This document shows, piece after piece, positions 8,942-18,748 of a stretch of DNA of 64,000 nucleotides. The DNA is from Candidatus Latescibacterota bacterium. Lineage in GTDB: Bacteria; Latescibacterota; UBA2968; SICM01. The DNA is taken from NCBI GenBank assembly GCA_965217865.1, contig CBDCJO010000002.1, forward strand, positions 2,048,001 through 2,112,000. The letters are read 5' to 3'. Position 1 is the stretch's first letter; each line of letters begins with the position of its first letter. The position numbers and the translations under genes are program-made. The notes under the pieces were generated by a model that saw nothing but the letters and a program-made list of their open reading frames with translations, ran no database searches and was not told where the DNA came from.

Positions 8942-10885
8942 TCAAATCCGTCCCGTCAGGATCGCGACCACCGAACTTGTGGCGGCGATGACCGCTTGCC
9001 CCATGATCAACCCTAAGAAAAACGGCCGGGTTCGGCCGTAGAGCGATGCGCCTCCATACTTCAACACGTTTCGCTTGATCAACCACGCCGCCAGCATATT
9101 GACCCACCAGGACGGACAGATCGTGCCGACGGGGAAGCCGATCGGATGGACCGGCCACCAGAAGAAACGTTGCCGAGCAAAAATCAAGGAACCCATCGCC
9201 ACGGCCCCGACCCCCGCCCATAGAAGACGGATCGGCTGTCCCTCCGAGGAAGGATCCCCGATGGCCCCTCCGAAGTAGATGACCTTGGAGGCCAGAGATC
9301 CGATCACATGCCCGCTGTAAGCAAATCCCAGGGTTCCCATCGTGGTGACATAATACAAAATAGCAGCAGCCGTGCCCACACCTCCGGCCAGTAGACCAAG
9401 AATCAGTGCGTATCCGAGAGGACGGAACTTCATGGTTTTCCGGTGTGTCAGCTTAAGCACAGTGGATGTGCTGGCCATGACGTGCGGCCCCTGCGGATAG
9501 GACCAGGGATAGGCCAGGAAAAAACCTGCCAGTGTGGAACTGCCGAGCATCTGCGTCCCCCCCGAGTTGACCAGTACCTGTACGGGAGACAATGGAGCGG
9601 ACATCACCACCCCGGCCTCTGCCAGGATGCGTGTGACCCCGATAAATACGATCAGCATGATCCCGACGAAAATCAGCGCCCCCCACAAAGAGACCCCCAT
9701 CACCCCGAGCCAATAGCAGATAAACGCGAACCCCACGATCGATCCCAGGACAGCGGACCGGTAGGAGAATATCTCATCGCTGTCATCCACATCCGGGGCC
9801 GACCCGAATGCTTTTCGGCAGACATCCTTCACGTGATGACGAGCCTCGTAGAGACCCAATCCCACCAGCACGGCCAGCGCCCCCAGGGCCTCCTGATGAA
9901 GGTGGGTGTAGTGGACGTAAGGATCATAGGGTGGGCTGCCCAGTATCGGACTGGCTGATGTCACGATCAGAAAAATCTGACCGTAAGAGATCAGCGTGAA
10001 CAGGAGAATGCTGCTTAAAATCTCCAGAGAAACAAGATAGCTGATCCCCAGGACGAAGAAGTGGGCGTAGATGAGCAGCCCGATCGAGTTGCGGTAGAAG
10101 CGCGTGTAGAAGTAGAGCCGGACGGCCGGGATGAAAGGCAGGAACCGGTTGGCGATGACGCTCAACCCGATCAGCGCGGGCGGGACAAACCCGAACCAGA
10201 AGATCTTGTCGTGAAAAAGCGGACCCCTTCCCGGTTTCCCCTCTATCAGAGACAGGGGAAGTTGTGCCAACGGAAACGGCAGCCGCTCCTGCTCCAACCA
10301 CGGCTTCCGAAGGATGACCATCAGCGACATCAGGGTGAAGTAGAACACCCCTAAAAACACACCCCACGCACACAGGGGTCCCACCCATGCCCGGTAGGGG
10401 AACCGGGCCCCGCCGAAGAACCCCTCGAAGAAACCCTTCGCTGCGGCCGGGTCGTTGACAACCAGACCCTCAGGAAGAATCGGGAGAACGAGATTTTCCC
10501 AATCGTTCTCATGCGTGGCATAATAAACAAATCCAACCAGGTGGGGGAACAGATAAATCACGACGCTGGAGGCCGCCGGGACCATCAGGGTCATCGAAAA
10601 TATGACCAGCAGCTCCTGCGGCCTCAAACCCGATCTGACGATCCCCGCCCGCTTCATCAGACCGATAGTACAGATCAGCCCGAACAGCAGAGACAACGGT
10701 CCGGCGCCGAAACCGTCCTGCGTCAGACTCGGACTTCCCCCGAGGGACTGCTCGGACACGATCAGAAAGGCCAGCAAGATGCTCAGGGTGAGGCCGATCA
10801 GCACCGCCGGCGGGGTCACCCCGGATGAGGGACGAACTTGCTCAACCGGTCCATCAGTTTGGACTTCACCGGCCGTTACGGTCAC
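8942..10885 (-). CDS. DUF6785/DUF6784-like polytopic membrane protein (putative transporter), copy B
   Basis: 647 aa, colinear with 1537-3474 (ILRKPWLEQERLPFPLAQLP, FFWWPVHPIGFP, LKYGGASLYGRTRPFFLG, C-terminal AILTGRI). Confidence 0.8.
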   Translation of the reverse strand: MTVTAGEVQTDGPVEQVRPSSGVTPPAVLIGLTLSILLAFLIVSEQSLGGSPSLTQDGFGAGPLSLLFGLICTIGLMKRAGIVRSGLRPQELLVIFSMTLMVPAASSVVIYLFPHLVGFVYYATHENDWENLVLPILPEGLVVNDPAAAKGFFEGFFGGARFPYRAWVGPLCAWGVFLGVFYFTLMSLMVILRKPWLEQERLPFPLAQLPLSLIEGKPGRGPLFHDKIFWFGFVPPALIGLSVIANRFLPFIPAVRLYFYTRFYRNSIGLLIYAHFFVLGISYLVSLEILSSILLFTLISYGQIFLIVTSASPILGSPPYDPYVHYTHLHQEALGALAVLVGLGLYEARHHVKDVCRKAFGSAPDVDDSDEIFSYRSAVLGSIVGFAFICYWLGVMGVSLWGALIFVGIMLIVFIGVTRILAEAGVVMSAPLSPVQVLVNSGGTQMLGSSTLAGFFLAYPWSYPQGPHVMASTSTVLKLTHRKTMKFRPLGYALILGLLAGGVGTAAAILYYVTTMGTLGFAYSGHVIGSLASKVIYFGGAIGDPSSEGQPIRLLWAGVGAVAMGSLIFARQRFFWWPVHPIGFPVGTICPSWWVNMLAAWLIKRNVLKYGGASLYGRTRPFFLGLIMGQAVIAATSSVVAILTGRI

Positions 10886-10915
10886 ATCCGTCCCCGTGTG
10901 ATAATCTGAATCAAT

Positions 10916-11653
10916 TCAGCCATCTGACTCCTGGGGGGTCCTGCGAAAGTAGTCCTCCCAGCGCTCCAGGGGCTCGAATCCTAGGATCCGCTTGGCCTTC
11001 TCCGTCGGGTACTTCCCGTGGGAAAGATAGCTGTTCAGGTTAAAGGCTTGGAAATGGTCGGGGACAGACGCGAGCTCCAGTGCCAGCCGGCACGCCCGTT
11101 CCAGGTCCTCCCACACGATGCTGAAGGACGAGAAGTCCCGGCCGGACACCGGTTCTGTGGGCCTGGGGCCTATTCCCCTAAGCAGAAAACAGACGGTCTG
11201 GATGCCGTAGGCTCGCGCGTAGATCCTGCAAATCTCACCACCGAGGAACTTGGTGATGCCATAGTATCCGGTGCCCGGGACCCCCGGAACGTCGTCCAGA
11301 TCGAACTCGTGTCCATACCAATCCCTGACCTGCTCGGGACCGGTCTGAACGACCTTTTTGATGCCCAGCTCCGCGGCCGCCTTCATGATGTGATAGGCCC
11401 CAACCGTGTTGACCGCAAAACTTTCAATGGGGTCGGGGCGAACGACTGTAAAATTCGCGATGGCATCCACGCCGCGAGCGGCCTCCAGCACCTGTTCATA
11501 GAAGGTCACATCCACGTTGAGGACAGGTCTTCCATCAGGGTAGGGTTTGATGTCGGCCAGACGCAGCTCGTAGTCGCGCTCCAGGCCGGGTATGATGTGA
11601 GGCGCGATCCTTCCGGAGGCGCCGAGAAACAGGACCTTTTTCATCCTCGTCAA
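10916..11653 (-). CDS. NAD(P)-dependent epimerase/dehydratase (extended SDR, uronate dehydrogenase-like)
   Basis: LGASGRIA Rossmann motif, VNTVGAYHIMKAA and catalytic YGITK (YxxxK). Confidence 0.8.
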   Translation of the reverse strand: MTRMKKVLFLGASGRIAPHIIPGLERDYELRLADIKPYPDGRPVLNVDVTFYEQVLEAARGVDAIANFTVVRPDPIESFAVNTVGAYHIMKAAAELGIKKVVQTGPEQVRDWYGHEFDLDDVPGVPGTGYYGITKFLGGEICRIYARAYGIQTVCFLLRGIGPRPTEPVSGRDFSSFSIVWEDLERACRLALELASVPDHFQAFNLNSYLSHGKYPTEKAKRILGFEPLERWEDYFRRTPQESDG

Positions 11654-12396
11654 GCGTCCTCTTTCGTCCGCACGAAGTTATGCGTGGGCTTGTAGCCCAT
11701 GCCTTCGGCCCTGTGAATCAGATATTTCGGGTTGGGTATATTCGCGCAGATATGATACACCGCCCATCGCCTCGCCCACCATACATCGCCGCTGTGGTCC
11801 CGACTCAAGGCACACCGGAACGCACGAGCGGCATCCCTGAAGTCGAGCCACATCGGATCGGCGGGGTGGCCTCCGGTCTCCTCCTCCACCACCAATTTTC
11901 CGAGTCGTAAGGAAGTGACCGTAATCATTTGGCACCGGGCGAACTCGCGACAAGTCAGTTCACCCAGGTATCGAGTCATCTGCGTGATTTCAGGTGTCGG
12001 GAGGGGTTTCCAGGCTTCGCTGATGTACACATCGTCTGCGTACGCGCTGAAAAAGGACAGGCTGCCGGCATAGATGAAACGCTTTACCCCGGCCTCGATC
12101 CCGGCTTGAAACAGGACATGGGTCCCACGAGTAGCCAGATCGAGCAGGGTCTGATCCCGCTGATGTTCATCCGTGGGGATGTCGGATGGAGGTTCTCCAG
12201 TATGAATAAGAGCCTCCATCCCGCTTACAGCCCTCTGTGCATCATCCGGTTCCAGGATACTTCCCTGGAAAAACTCTGCTTTGCCGTCCGGATCCACCCG
12301 GACGCTGTCCATCAGGCGCAGCTGATGATCTCGACCCAGCTCAGTCGCTACGGCGCGCGCAAGCCGGCTTGATGCCCCTGTGATCAGGATCTTCAT
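11650..12396 (-). CDS. Extended SDR-like protein with degenerate catalytic motifs
   Basis: KILITGASSRLA, RGTHVLFQAGIEAGVKRFIYAGS and SLRLG. YxxxK is replaced by QMTRY. 4-bp overlap with the downstream SDR. Confidence 0.7.
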   Translation of the reverse strand: MKILITGASSRLARAVATELGRDHQLRLMDSVRVDPDGKAEFFQGSILEPDDAQRAVSGMEALIHTGEPPSDIPTDEHQRDQTLLDLATRGTHVLFQAGIEAGVKRFIYAGSLSFFSAYADDVYISEAWKPLPTPEITQMTRYLGELTCREFARCQMITVTSLRLGKLVVEEETGGHPADPMWLDFRDAARAFRCALSRDHSGDVWWARRWAVYHICANIPNPKYLIHRAEGMGYKPTHNFVRTKEDA

Positions 12397-12505
12397 AAGA
12401 CCTTTTATCGAGACGCCCTCACACGCAGGCAGAAGACGGCATCTTTCTCCCCCCAGGATCCCGGAGCCCCATTACTTCCGTTTACCATTCGATCGTAGAC
12501 GAATC

Positions 12506-14560
12506 TTACGATTCAAAAACCACTGCAGTGTGGATCTCGACTTCGGGGATCTCTATCTTGGCTTGGCCTCCCCCATAGCTCCATTCCGGCCTCGTGCCAT
12601 CCGGTTCCAGGGTGACCTTCTCGGGTTGTTTGTCCATCCGTATCGTCAAAACAACATCCCGCACGGGCAGCGTCTCTTCGATGCACAGATTGTTCCCGTC
12701 GGCCGGCCGGTTGCCGTGGTGGTTCACCAGGTGAACAATCGTGCGGCTCCCCGATGCAGTGGCCTGTTCGGACAGCGCCACCTCCAGCCAGGCCGGGGAC
12801 TCCAGACGGATCGGGAAGTCCGGGGCCAACTTCCGAATCAAGGACGATACCACACGCTTTAGCGGCCAGACGTTCTTGGCATGATAGGCCTCAAAAATAT
12901 CGAACGGGATGTAGGAAACCGCCCCCTTCCCCACCCGCCGGAACGTGATCCCCGGATGTCCAGTCGATTCACCCGGGGGGGACCAGGAAAGCAGGGGCTT
13001 GCCGTCCCCCCGAAGATACGCCCGCCACAACTCAGCCAGGGTCTCCACGTCATTCGCCTGGGGACCCACCAGAAGCCCCGTCCCGTCGATCAGATAGGGC
13101 ATCGGAAGACGCTCCTCAACCAGTTCGGGATCCGTCACGTTCAGATAGCAGTGCGGCCCAACCTCCTGTCCGGTTAACGACACGCCCGTCAATTCGCTCA
13201 AGGCGAAGTCGCCGGTCGGCTCATAATCCGCGCCAAGCATCCCGGACCGTCCGGTCACCAGAAGACCGCCGCCCTCCTTGACGTAGCCCTCTATCGCATC
13301 GACCAGCTCATGGCGCAACCGCCGCTGATCCGAGAGCACGATCACAGGACACCGGTCCGCTGAATGCCTTTCGTGGATGTGGGACAACAGCCAGGCTTCG
13401 TCAACGAAATGGTGCGGAAGCCCCGTCTCCATCAAAAGCTTATGCGCCCCCCACTGGCTCACCGAGTCCACCCGCAGCATCGCCCCCCTGTTGAAATGGG
13501 CGTCCTCCGTATGAAGCACTGCGACACACGCGCGGGGCGCACTATCCAACAGAAGGGATTCCCGCTCCTTCACAAACCCGAGCGTCTTGCCCATTTCGGC
13601 CATGACTGCCGGTGCCACCTCGAACGTGTGCGTCATCTGATACCCGATCCACGTGAGGCCACCGTTCGCGATCGCCGTCGCCACCTCGTGTTTCATGGCC
13701 GTTGCGGGCTTGCACCCCCAGTCCCCCCACCACCCCAGATGCGCGGAGTTCATCACATCGAACGGGATACCCTTTGTGGCCCAGCCCCGCGCGTCATAGG
13801 ATCCGCTGAACATCTGGTCCTTGGGAAAGATATCCGCCCCCAGCGCGCCCACGTGCGCGGGGAAGCGCTCCGGGATGCGCATCGTATAGGACCAGTTGTA
13901 GGAGACGATCAATTCCCGCCGATGGCGATGGATCGTATCGCTGATCGACTGCCGGATGCCCCGGATGTCCTCCAGAAGCCACTTTACGAACGGGACCCAT
14001 TGAGGGTCGTTTTGATCGACGGGAAGCGGTCCCCCCACCTCCTTTGAAAAACGATCGCCACAGCTCTGGCAACCGCACGCCAGGTTCGCCTTGAGACCGT
14101 CGAAGAACAGGGCGTCCAGCGGGTAGTTCGTCACGATCTCTTCGATGTGGGGAAGAAAGTAGGCTTCGAGAAGCGGGCCCTGCATGCAGATCTCGTTGCC
14201 GATCAGCTCCCCCCGGACATCCCTCTGGCGCCACTCGGGACGCTCCCGGCAGATCGGCTCGCTGTTGAACACGTGGTAATACCCGATCGCCTTGATCCCC
14301 CGCCGATGCAGGGCTTCGATCTGATCCTCCACCATGTCCAGCCCCTCCGGCAGATGGGGGTGGACATACCGCAATTTGCCCCGCCTGTAAAACGACCAGC
14401 CGTAGAAACACTTGCAGAACACCGAAACCGCCTGGGCCTGGGTCGACGCCACCTGGTCCGCCCAGCGCTCTGCGTCGAACGCTGAGGCAAGACCCACAGC
14501 CGTCTCCTGGCTGTGAAAGTCGAAAAAAAGCTTTCGACATGCCGTGTCATACCAGGTCAT
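12506..14560 (-). CDS. GHL6-like glycoside hydrolase with beta-galactosidase trimerisation domain, copy 1
   Basis: LFFDFHS, FCKCFYGWSFY, HPHL, EALHRRGIKAIGYY, LDALFFDG, CxCxxC, YVKEGGGLLVT and RTIVHLVNH. No signal peptide. Confidence 0.75.
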   Translation of the reverse strand: MTWYDTACRKLFFDFHSQETAVGLASAFDAERWADQVASTQAQAVSVFCKCFYGWSFYRRGKLRYVHPHLPEGLDMVEDQIEALHRRGIKAIGYYHVFNSEPICRERPEWRQRDVRGELIGNEICMQGPLLEAYFLPHIEEIVTNYPLDALFFDGLKANLACGCQSCGDRFSKEVGGPLPVDQNDPQWVPFVKWLLEDIRGIRQSISDTIHRHRRELIVSYNWSYTMRIPERFPAHVGALGADIFPKDQMFSGSYDARGWATKGIPFDVMNSAHLGWWGDWGCKPATAMKHEVATAIANGGLTWIGYQMTHTFEVAPAVMAEMGKTLGFVKERESLLLDSAPRACVAVLHTEDAHFNRGAMLRVDSVSQWGAHKLLMETGLPHHFVDEAWLLSHIHERHSADRCPVIVLSDQRRLRHELVDAIEGYVKEGGGLLVTGRSGMLGADYEPTGDFALSELTGVSLTGQEVGPHCYLNVTDPELVEERLPMPYLIDGTGLLVGPQANDVETLAELWRAYLRGDGKPLLSWSPPGESTGHPGITFRRVGKGAVSYIPFDIFEAYHAKNVWPLKRVVSSLIRKLAPDFPIRLESPAWLEVALSEQATASGSRTIVHLVNHHGNRPADGNNLCIEETLPVRDVVLTIRMDKQPEKVTLEPDGTRPEWSYGGGQAKIEIPEVEIHTAVVFES

Positions 14561-14587
14561 CCTGTCTCCCGTCTGCCGTTTTACGTT

Positions 14588-16525
14588 TCACGTCTCACGG
14601 CCCTTGATTGTCACCACCGCATACTCATCGAGTTCGCTGAGCTGAAATCGGATCCCACCTTCGTCGATCGCCACATCCTTCAATTCATGCTGTGTCTTAT
14701 CGGGCGAAATCACTTCTCCAAGGCCGTCCGCCCGTACGGGAAGGATCAATGAAACATCAAGTTTCCCGATGGGCTCATCTCCATAGTTCAAAAGGTGAAG
14801 GAACCAACTTGAGCCATCGACTTTCTTTCTTAAATTCGCGATCACATGCGGAGAGCCGACCCGGACCAGGGGCGAGTCTGCGACGCCGCTGATCTCATCG
14901 GCAAGCTTCTTCGCGACCTCCGTGTCTCTCCCCGCCACCTCCCATACGCGATCCGACCATGTGAAATCGGCCAGGTCACGGAAATCCGCACCCCCGCTGC
15001 AGACCGCCACCTTACCCCCTTCCCCCCGATAGGTCGGGAGGACCTCCATCATGTCCCAATCGGGGGCGGATGCCCCAGCGCTCACGATCAGTTTGTAACG
15101 GGAAAGATGAACCCGGGCCAGGGCGCGAACCTCTATGATATCGTAAAGGATGTTTAAACGCGTCAACGCATCCAGGACATCCGCCTCCCACGATGGACCG
15201 TAGACCAGGATCGCGATGGAGGCCGTGGATTCCGTGTCCCTGTAGAGATCGGAATGCGTATTCAAAAAACGATTTGAATCTCCGAAGGCGCGGACCAGAG
15301 ACACCACCTCCGGAACCCCGTCCAGGAGACCGGCATTCGTGTATCCCGTCAGATAACGGGCCGCACTCCCGCCGAAAGCAGCGGCCTCATACGAAAAAAG
15401 GTGCTGTGTGCGTGGGGAAAAGCCTGTATCCGCATAACGGGGAACCTCCGTGAACATCGACTTGCCCTGAGGCAGATGACCCAGTAGATACCGGTTCGGA
15501 CTTCGGATGTTTTCGACTTTGGGGAGATTGTTCTCGTCGATCCCGGGGACACACAGGTTCCATTCGTTGTAGATCACATCGCATACATCCTCCAGAGGGA
15601 TGTTCTGCGGACGGTCGTACACGTGGATGTTCCACTGGATGATAGCGGTCGACTTCTGTTCCTGTCGCAACCAGCGATAAATCTCCGGAAGGAAGATATT
15701 CAGATCCTCCGTCGGGGATTCGCAGTTGTCGAAGAAAAAGGCATCGACTCCCGCCTCAAGGGCGCGCCGCATCCGCTCTTTAGTGTATTCGAGCCATCCG
15801 GGTTGTCGCAAATTGGCCAACCAGCGTTTCTCTCTCCCCGCGTAGAGCATATGCCTACCCCCCTCGACGTGGGGCCATTCCTTCGAGGCGGGCTCGCTCT
15901 CCAGCATCTCCTCCCAGAAGATATTGTTGGCTGAAAGATATGCGCTTACGCGAATGTCCGCATCGTGACACTTCTGGATCACACGTTTGCACTGCTCGAA
16001 CTGGACGCTTTCTTTCTCGATTGAAAAACCGTTGCTCCAGGTGATCCAGACCCAGTTGATCCCCCCTTCCCTCAGATATTCAATCGCCTCGTCGAGGCGG
16101 TCCGTATACACCGCGCTCAACATCTTAAAGCCTTCCTCGGTCAGGGACCAGCCCGTGATATGCCCTTTCTCCTCTTCGAGGTATCCGCCGTCAAACCGCA
16201 TATATTTGAAGGCCCCCTGCCTCGCCCAGTTCGGGAGTTTTTTGGGGTCAGCCCTTTCACCCTCCGGGACGGCCCAGCCTTTCCAATCCTCACCCTCAAC
16301 CCAGCTCGCGAACCGGGTCTCGAGCGTCTCAGGGAAACCGCGGGGCTCACCCTTGCCCCAAAGGCCACGTCCGACAATCCAGTTGTCCAGCTCCTCTTTT
16401 CGGAACCGCCATCCGGAAGTAAGATTCAGAGCCGGGGCGACTCCGCGCTTTACGAAGTGTGTCAACAGTTCGGGTTTCGTCCCGAGGTAATTCGCGGCCT
16501 CATCGATCGTCAGAAGCTCTTCCAT
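14588..16525 (-). CDS. Excisionase-like HTH fused to glycoside-hydrolase-like TIM barrel and trimerisation domain
   Basis: N-terminal LLTIDEAANYLG...GWRFRKEELDNWI (HTH_17/excisionase type), then IQKCHDADIRVSAYLS, GVDAFFFDN and C-terminal FLHLLNY. Confidence 0.7.
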   Translation of the reverse strand: MEELLTIDEAANYLGTKPELLTHFVKRGVAPALNLTSGWRFRKEELDNWIVGRGLWGKGEPRGFPETLETRFASWVEGEDWKGWAVPEGERADPKKLPNWARQGAFKYMRFDGGYLEEEKGHITGWSLTEEGFKMLSAVYTDRLDEAIEYLREGGINWVWITWSNGFSIEKESVQFEQCKRVIQKCHDADIRVSAYLSANNIFWEEMLESEPASKEWPHVEGGRHMLYAGREKRWLANLRQPGWLEYTKERMRRALEAGVDAFFFDNCESPTEDLNIFLPEIYRWLRQEQKSTAIIQWNIHVYDRPQNIPLEDVCDVIYNEWNLCVPGIDENNLPKVENIRSPNRYLLGHLPQGKSMFTEVPRYADTGFSPRTQHLFSYEAAAFGGSAARYLTGYTNAGLLDGVPEVVSLVRAFGDSNRFLNTHSDLYRDTESTASIAILVYGPSWEADVLDALTRLNILYDIIEVRALARVHLSRYKLIVSAGASAPDWDMMEVLPTYRGEGGKVAVCSGGADFRDLADFTWSDRVWEVAGRDTEVAKKLADEISGVADSPLVRVGSPHVIANLRKKVDGSSWFLHLLNYGDEPIGKLDVSLILPVRADGLGEVISPDKTQHELKDVAIDEGGIRFQLSELDEYAVVTIKGRET

Positions 16526-16600
16526 GCCCGACCTTTCCAGAAAAAAATCGATACCTCCAATAGTTTAGTGCTCATCCCGCGAACGGATCCCCCACGGGCA

Positions 16601-18724
16601 TTAAAAATGGTTCATCTTCCTCCCAGGATGGTTTTTCAGATCGACTTCGGGTACCCCCACACCCAGCTTCTTCCAATCGATATCCCGGAACATAAGCCTT
16701 AAGAAACCCCGATCCACCTTCAGCTTGAATATTCGCACATCATTGGCCGGAACCGCGCAGAGGAGCTCACCGTCCCGAAGGCACGCCTCCGAGTGTCCCA
16801 GCCAGGCCTCAAAGGCCTCGATCTCCTCTCCTTTGATCCGAACCTTCCCTTCCCACGGAACATCAGGCGAATTGTTGCACAAAGTCACGAGAACCTCGTC
16901 TTCTCTGTCCGTGACATTGACGACGTAGAAGATGTCTCGGCCCTCGATCTCCACAAGGTTCAGCTCTTCGAGCAGCCCCCCCAGCGCGTGCCGGATCCCC
17001 TTGAGAAACTCGTGACGCTTCTCGTTCTTTCCCCACCCCCGGGCCGTCACAAGATAAAGCCTGCCTTTTCCCGAAGCGCTCTGAATCACCAGGGGGTCGC
17101 CGTGGGAGGTCCGCAGAAGGACCTGGCCTCCGTTAGCCTGGACCTGCCGGTATTCAAACGACGCTTCCCGGAACCGCCTGCCGTCGAAAGCTTCCACCTC
17201 CCCGGAATGGGACTTCCACACATCGGATTCCGGGATCCCCGAGATAGACGCGGAAATCGGCCCCTGGTCCACCCCCGTCACAACGATTCCGCCCCCTTCC
17301 AGGAAATCCGTCAGCCTTTGCCCCAAACCCGCCCGGTCTTCCACCCTCAGATCTCCCAGCAGGACCACTGCCCGGTACTTCTCCAGACACCCCAAAGAAG
17401 CGTTGGACAGGATGATCTCAAACAGATCCCCGTAGGGGGTGTTCGTGATGTATCCCCGTTCATCCCGGTAGTAGCTACCATGTTCGTAGCCCGGATAGAC
17501 CCAGCGGAAGAGGTTGTCGATCTGATAGTCCAGCCTGGAATAGGGAATGTTCCCCCAGACATGGTCCTCGTCCTTGCGATACAGATGCCGCGCCTGATTC
17601 CAGCCGTGATCGTAGTCCAGCATCAGAGCGACCGGCATGTAGGGCACGCCCCTGAGAGGATGATCGGTTACGAACTCCTGGGCTTCGACGTGAAGTCTTC
17701 CCAGCGGCGTCAGGATACCCTCCAACAACGCGGGTTCCGGCTTCTCCGATTCGAGGAACGCCTTCATCGGGGCCTCGTACTGTGCGGCAGGGGGAGGGTT
17801 GAGCTTGGAATCGTATACGTAGCCCCCCTGGAAGTACACAATCGAGGACCCATACATGTAGGCCGCATACCACTCCCGCTTGCTTAACCCCTCGGTGAAC
17901 CCGAAGTCCGCCCCGCTGATATTCGACCCTCTGGGGCTCTGATTGACAATCACTCTCCCATCCGGATGGTATTCTTTTCCCCCCCACGGTGTGTCGACCG
18001 CCGAGGAGATACTCACCGAAGTCAATAGATCGTACTGCTTGGAGGCCCCCCTGCAGAAACACCAGAGAATCATATCCGAGGGGAGTTTTTCTACTGTCTC
18101 GACGCCAAGCATGCGAGTTTCGTGTTCGGCGGCATAATGGCAGCCATATCCCAGGGAGCATATCGACATCTGTCGGTGCTGACCGTCCTGCACCGTCACG
18201 GAATAGATCGCGTCAAGCGCGTGATCGTATTCCTCGTGCGCCTCGATCCTTGTTCGGCCGGGTTTCAAGCGGTCCGGGGATAGTGGTTCACCCGGCCACC
18301 CCCATCCGCGGGTGTACCCCCCGTCGAACTCCGAGTCCCCCTTCCCCCCCAGGTACCGTTCCCCAAACTTATCTTTAAAAAATTGGCTATAGCCTAATAC
18401 CTCTTCCGGGGTACCGCTCAGCCCCATGTAATGGAGGTAGATCCCTGCATCAGCCAACCTCTGGATCGTCTCCATGCCCCCCGGCACCTCCTCTCCGTCG
18501 TCCGTCCTGATCCAGAGTTTATTGTAAAAATATGTGGTTGAGGTAAAACCATAGTCCAGCATCGCTTTGATCAGGACCTTGTCATTTGGAGAATAGACAA
18601 AGGTCGAAGTCCTAAGATCGCATTTCAATTCCGCGCGGGAGACCGGCTTGGTTTTGCATCTCAGGTAGCGTTCACTCTCTTCGGGTACAACCGGGTAATT
18701 GTAGATAGGCCGAAGCGAAGACAT
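16601..18724 (-). CDS. Uncharacterised glycoside-hydrolase-like protein (family A, copy 2)
   Basis: Colinear paralog of 3533-5680 (SLRPIYN, GDSEFDGGY, FCRGASKQYDLLT, DHVWGNIPYSRLDYQIDN, VTLCNNSPD). Confidence 0.6.
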   Translation of the reverse strand: MSSLRPIYNYPVVPEESERYLRCKTKPVSRAELKCDLRTSTFVYSPNDKVLIKAMLDYGFTSTTYFYNKLWIRTDDGEEVPGGMETIQRLADAGIYLHYMGLSGTPEEVLGYSQFFKDKFGERYLGGKGDSEFDGGYTRGWGWPGEPLSPDRLKPGRTRIEAHEEYDHALDAIYSVTVQDGQHRQMSICSLGYGCHYAAEHETRMLGVETVEKLPSDMILWCFCRGASKQYDLLTSVSISSAVDTPWGGKEYHPDGRVIVNQSPRGSNISGADFGFTEGLSKREWYAAYMYGSSIVYFQGGYVYDSKLNPPPAAQYEAPMKAFLESEKPEPALLEGILTPLGRLHVEAQEFVTDHPLRGVPYMPVALMLDYDHGWNQARHLYRKDEDHVWGNIPYSRLDYQIDNLFRWVYPGYEHGSYYRDERGYITNTPYGDLFEIILSNASLGCLEKYRAVVLLGDLRVEDRAGLGQRLTDFLEGGGIVVTGVDQGPISASISGIPESDVWKSHSGEVEAFDGRRFREASFEYRQVQANGGQVLLRTSHGDPLVIQSASGKGRLYLVTARGWGKNEKRHEFLKGIRHALGGLLEELNLVEIEGRDIFYVVNVTDREDEVLVTLCNNSPDVPWEGKVRIKGEEIEAFEAWLGHSEACLRDGELLCAVPANDVRIFKLKVDRGFLRLMFRDIDWKKLGVGVPEVDLKNHPGRKMNHF

Positions 18725-18748
18725 TTCGTTTCCTCCTGTTAAACTCAG

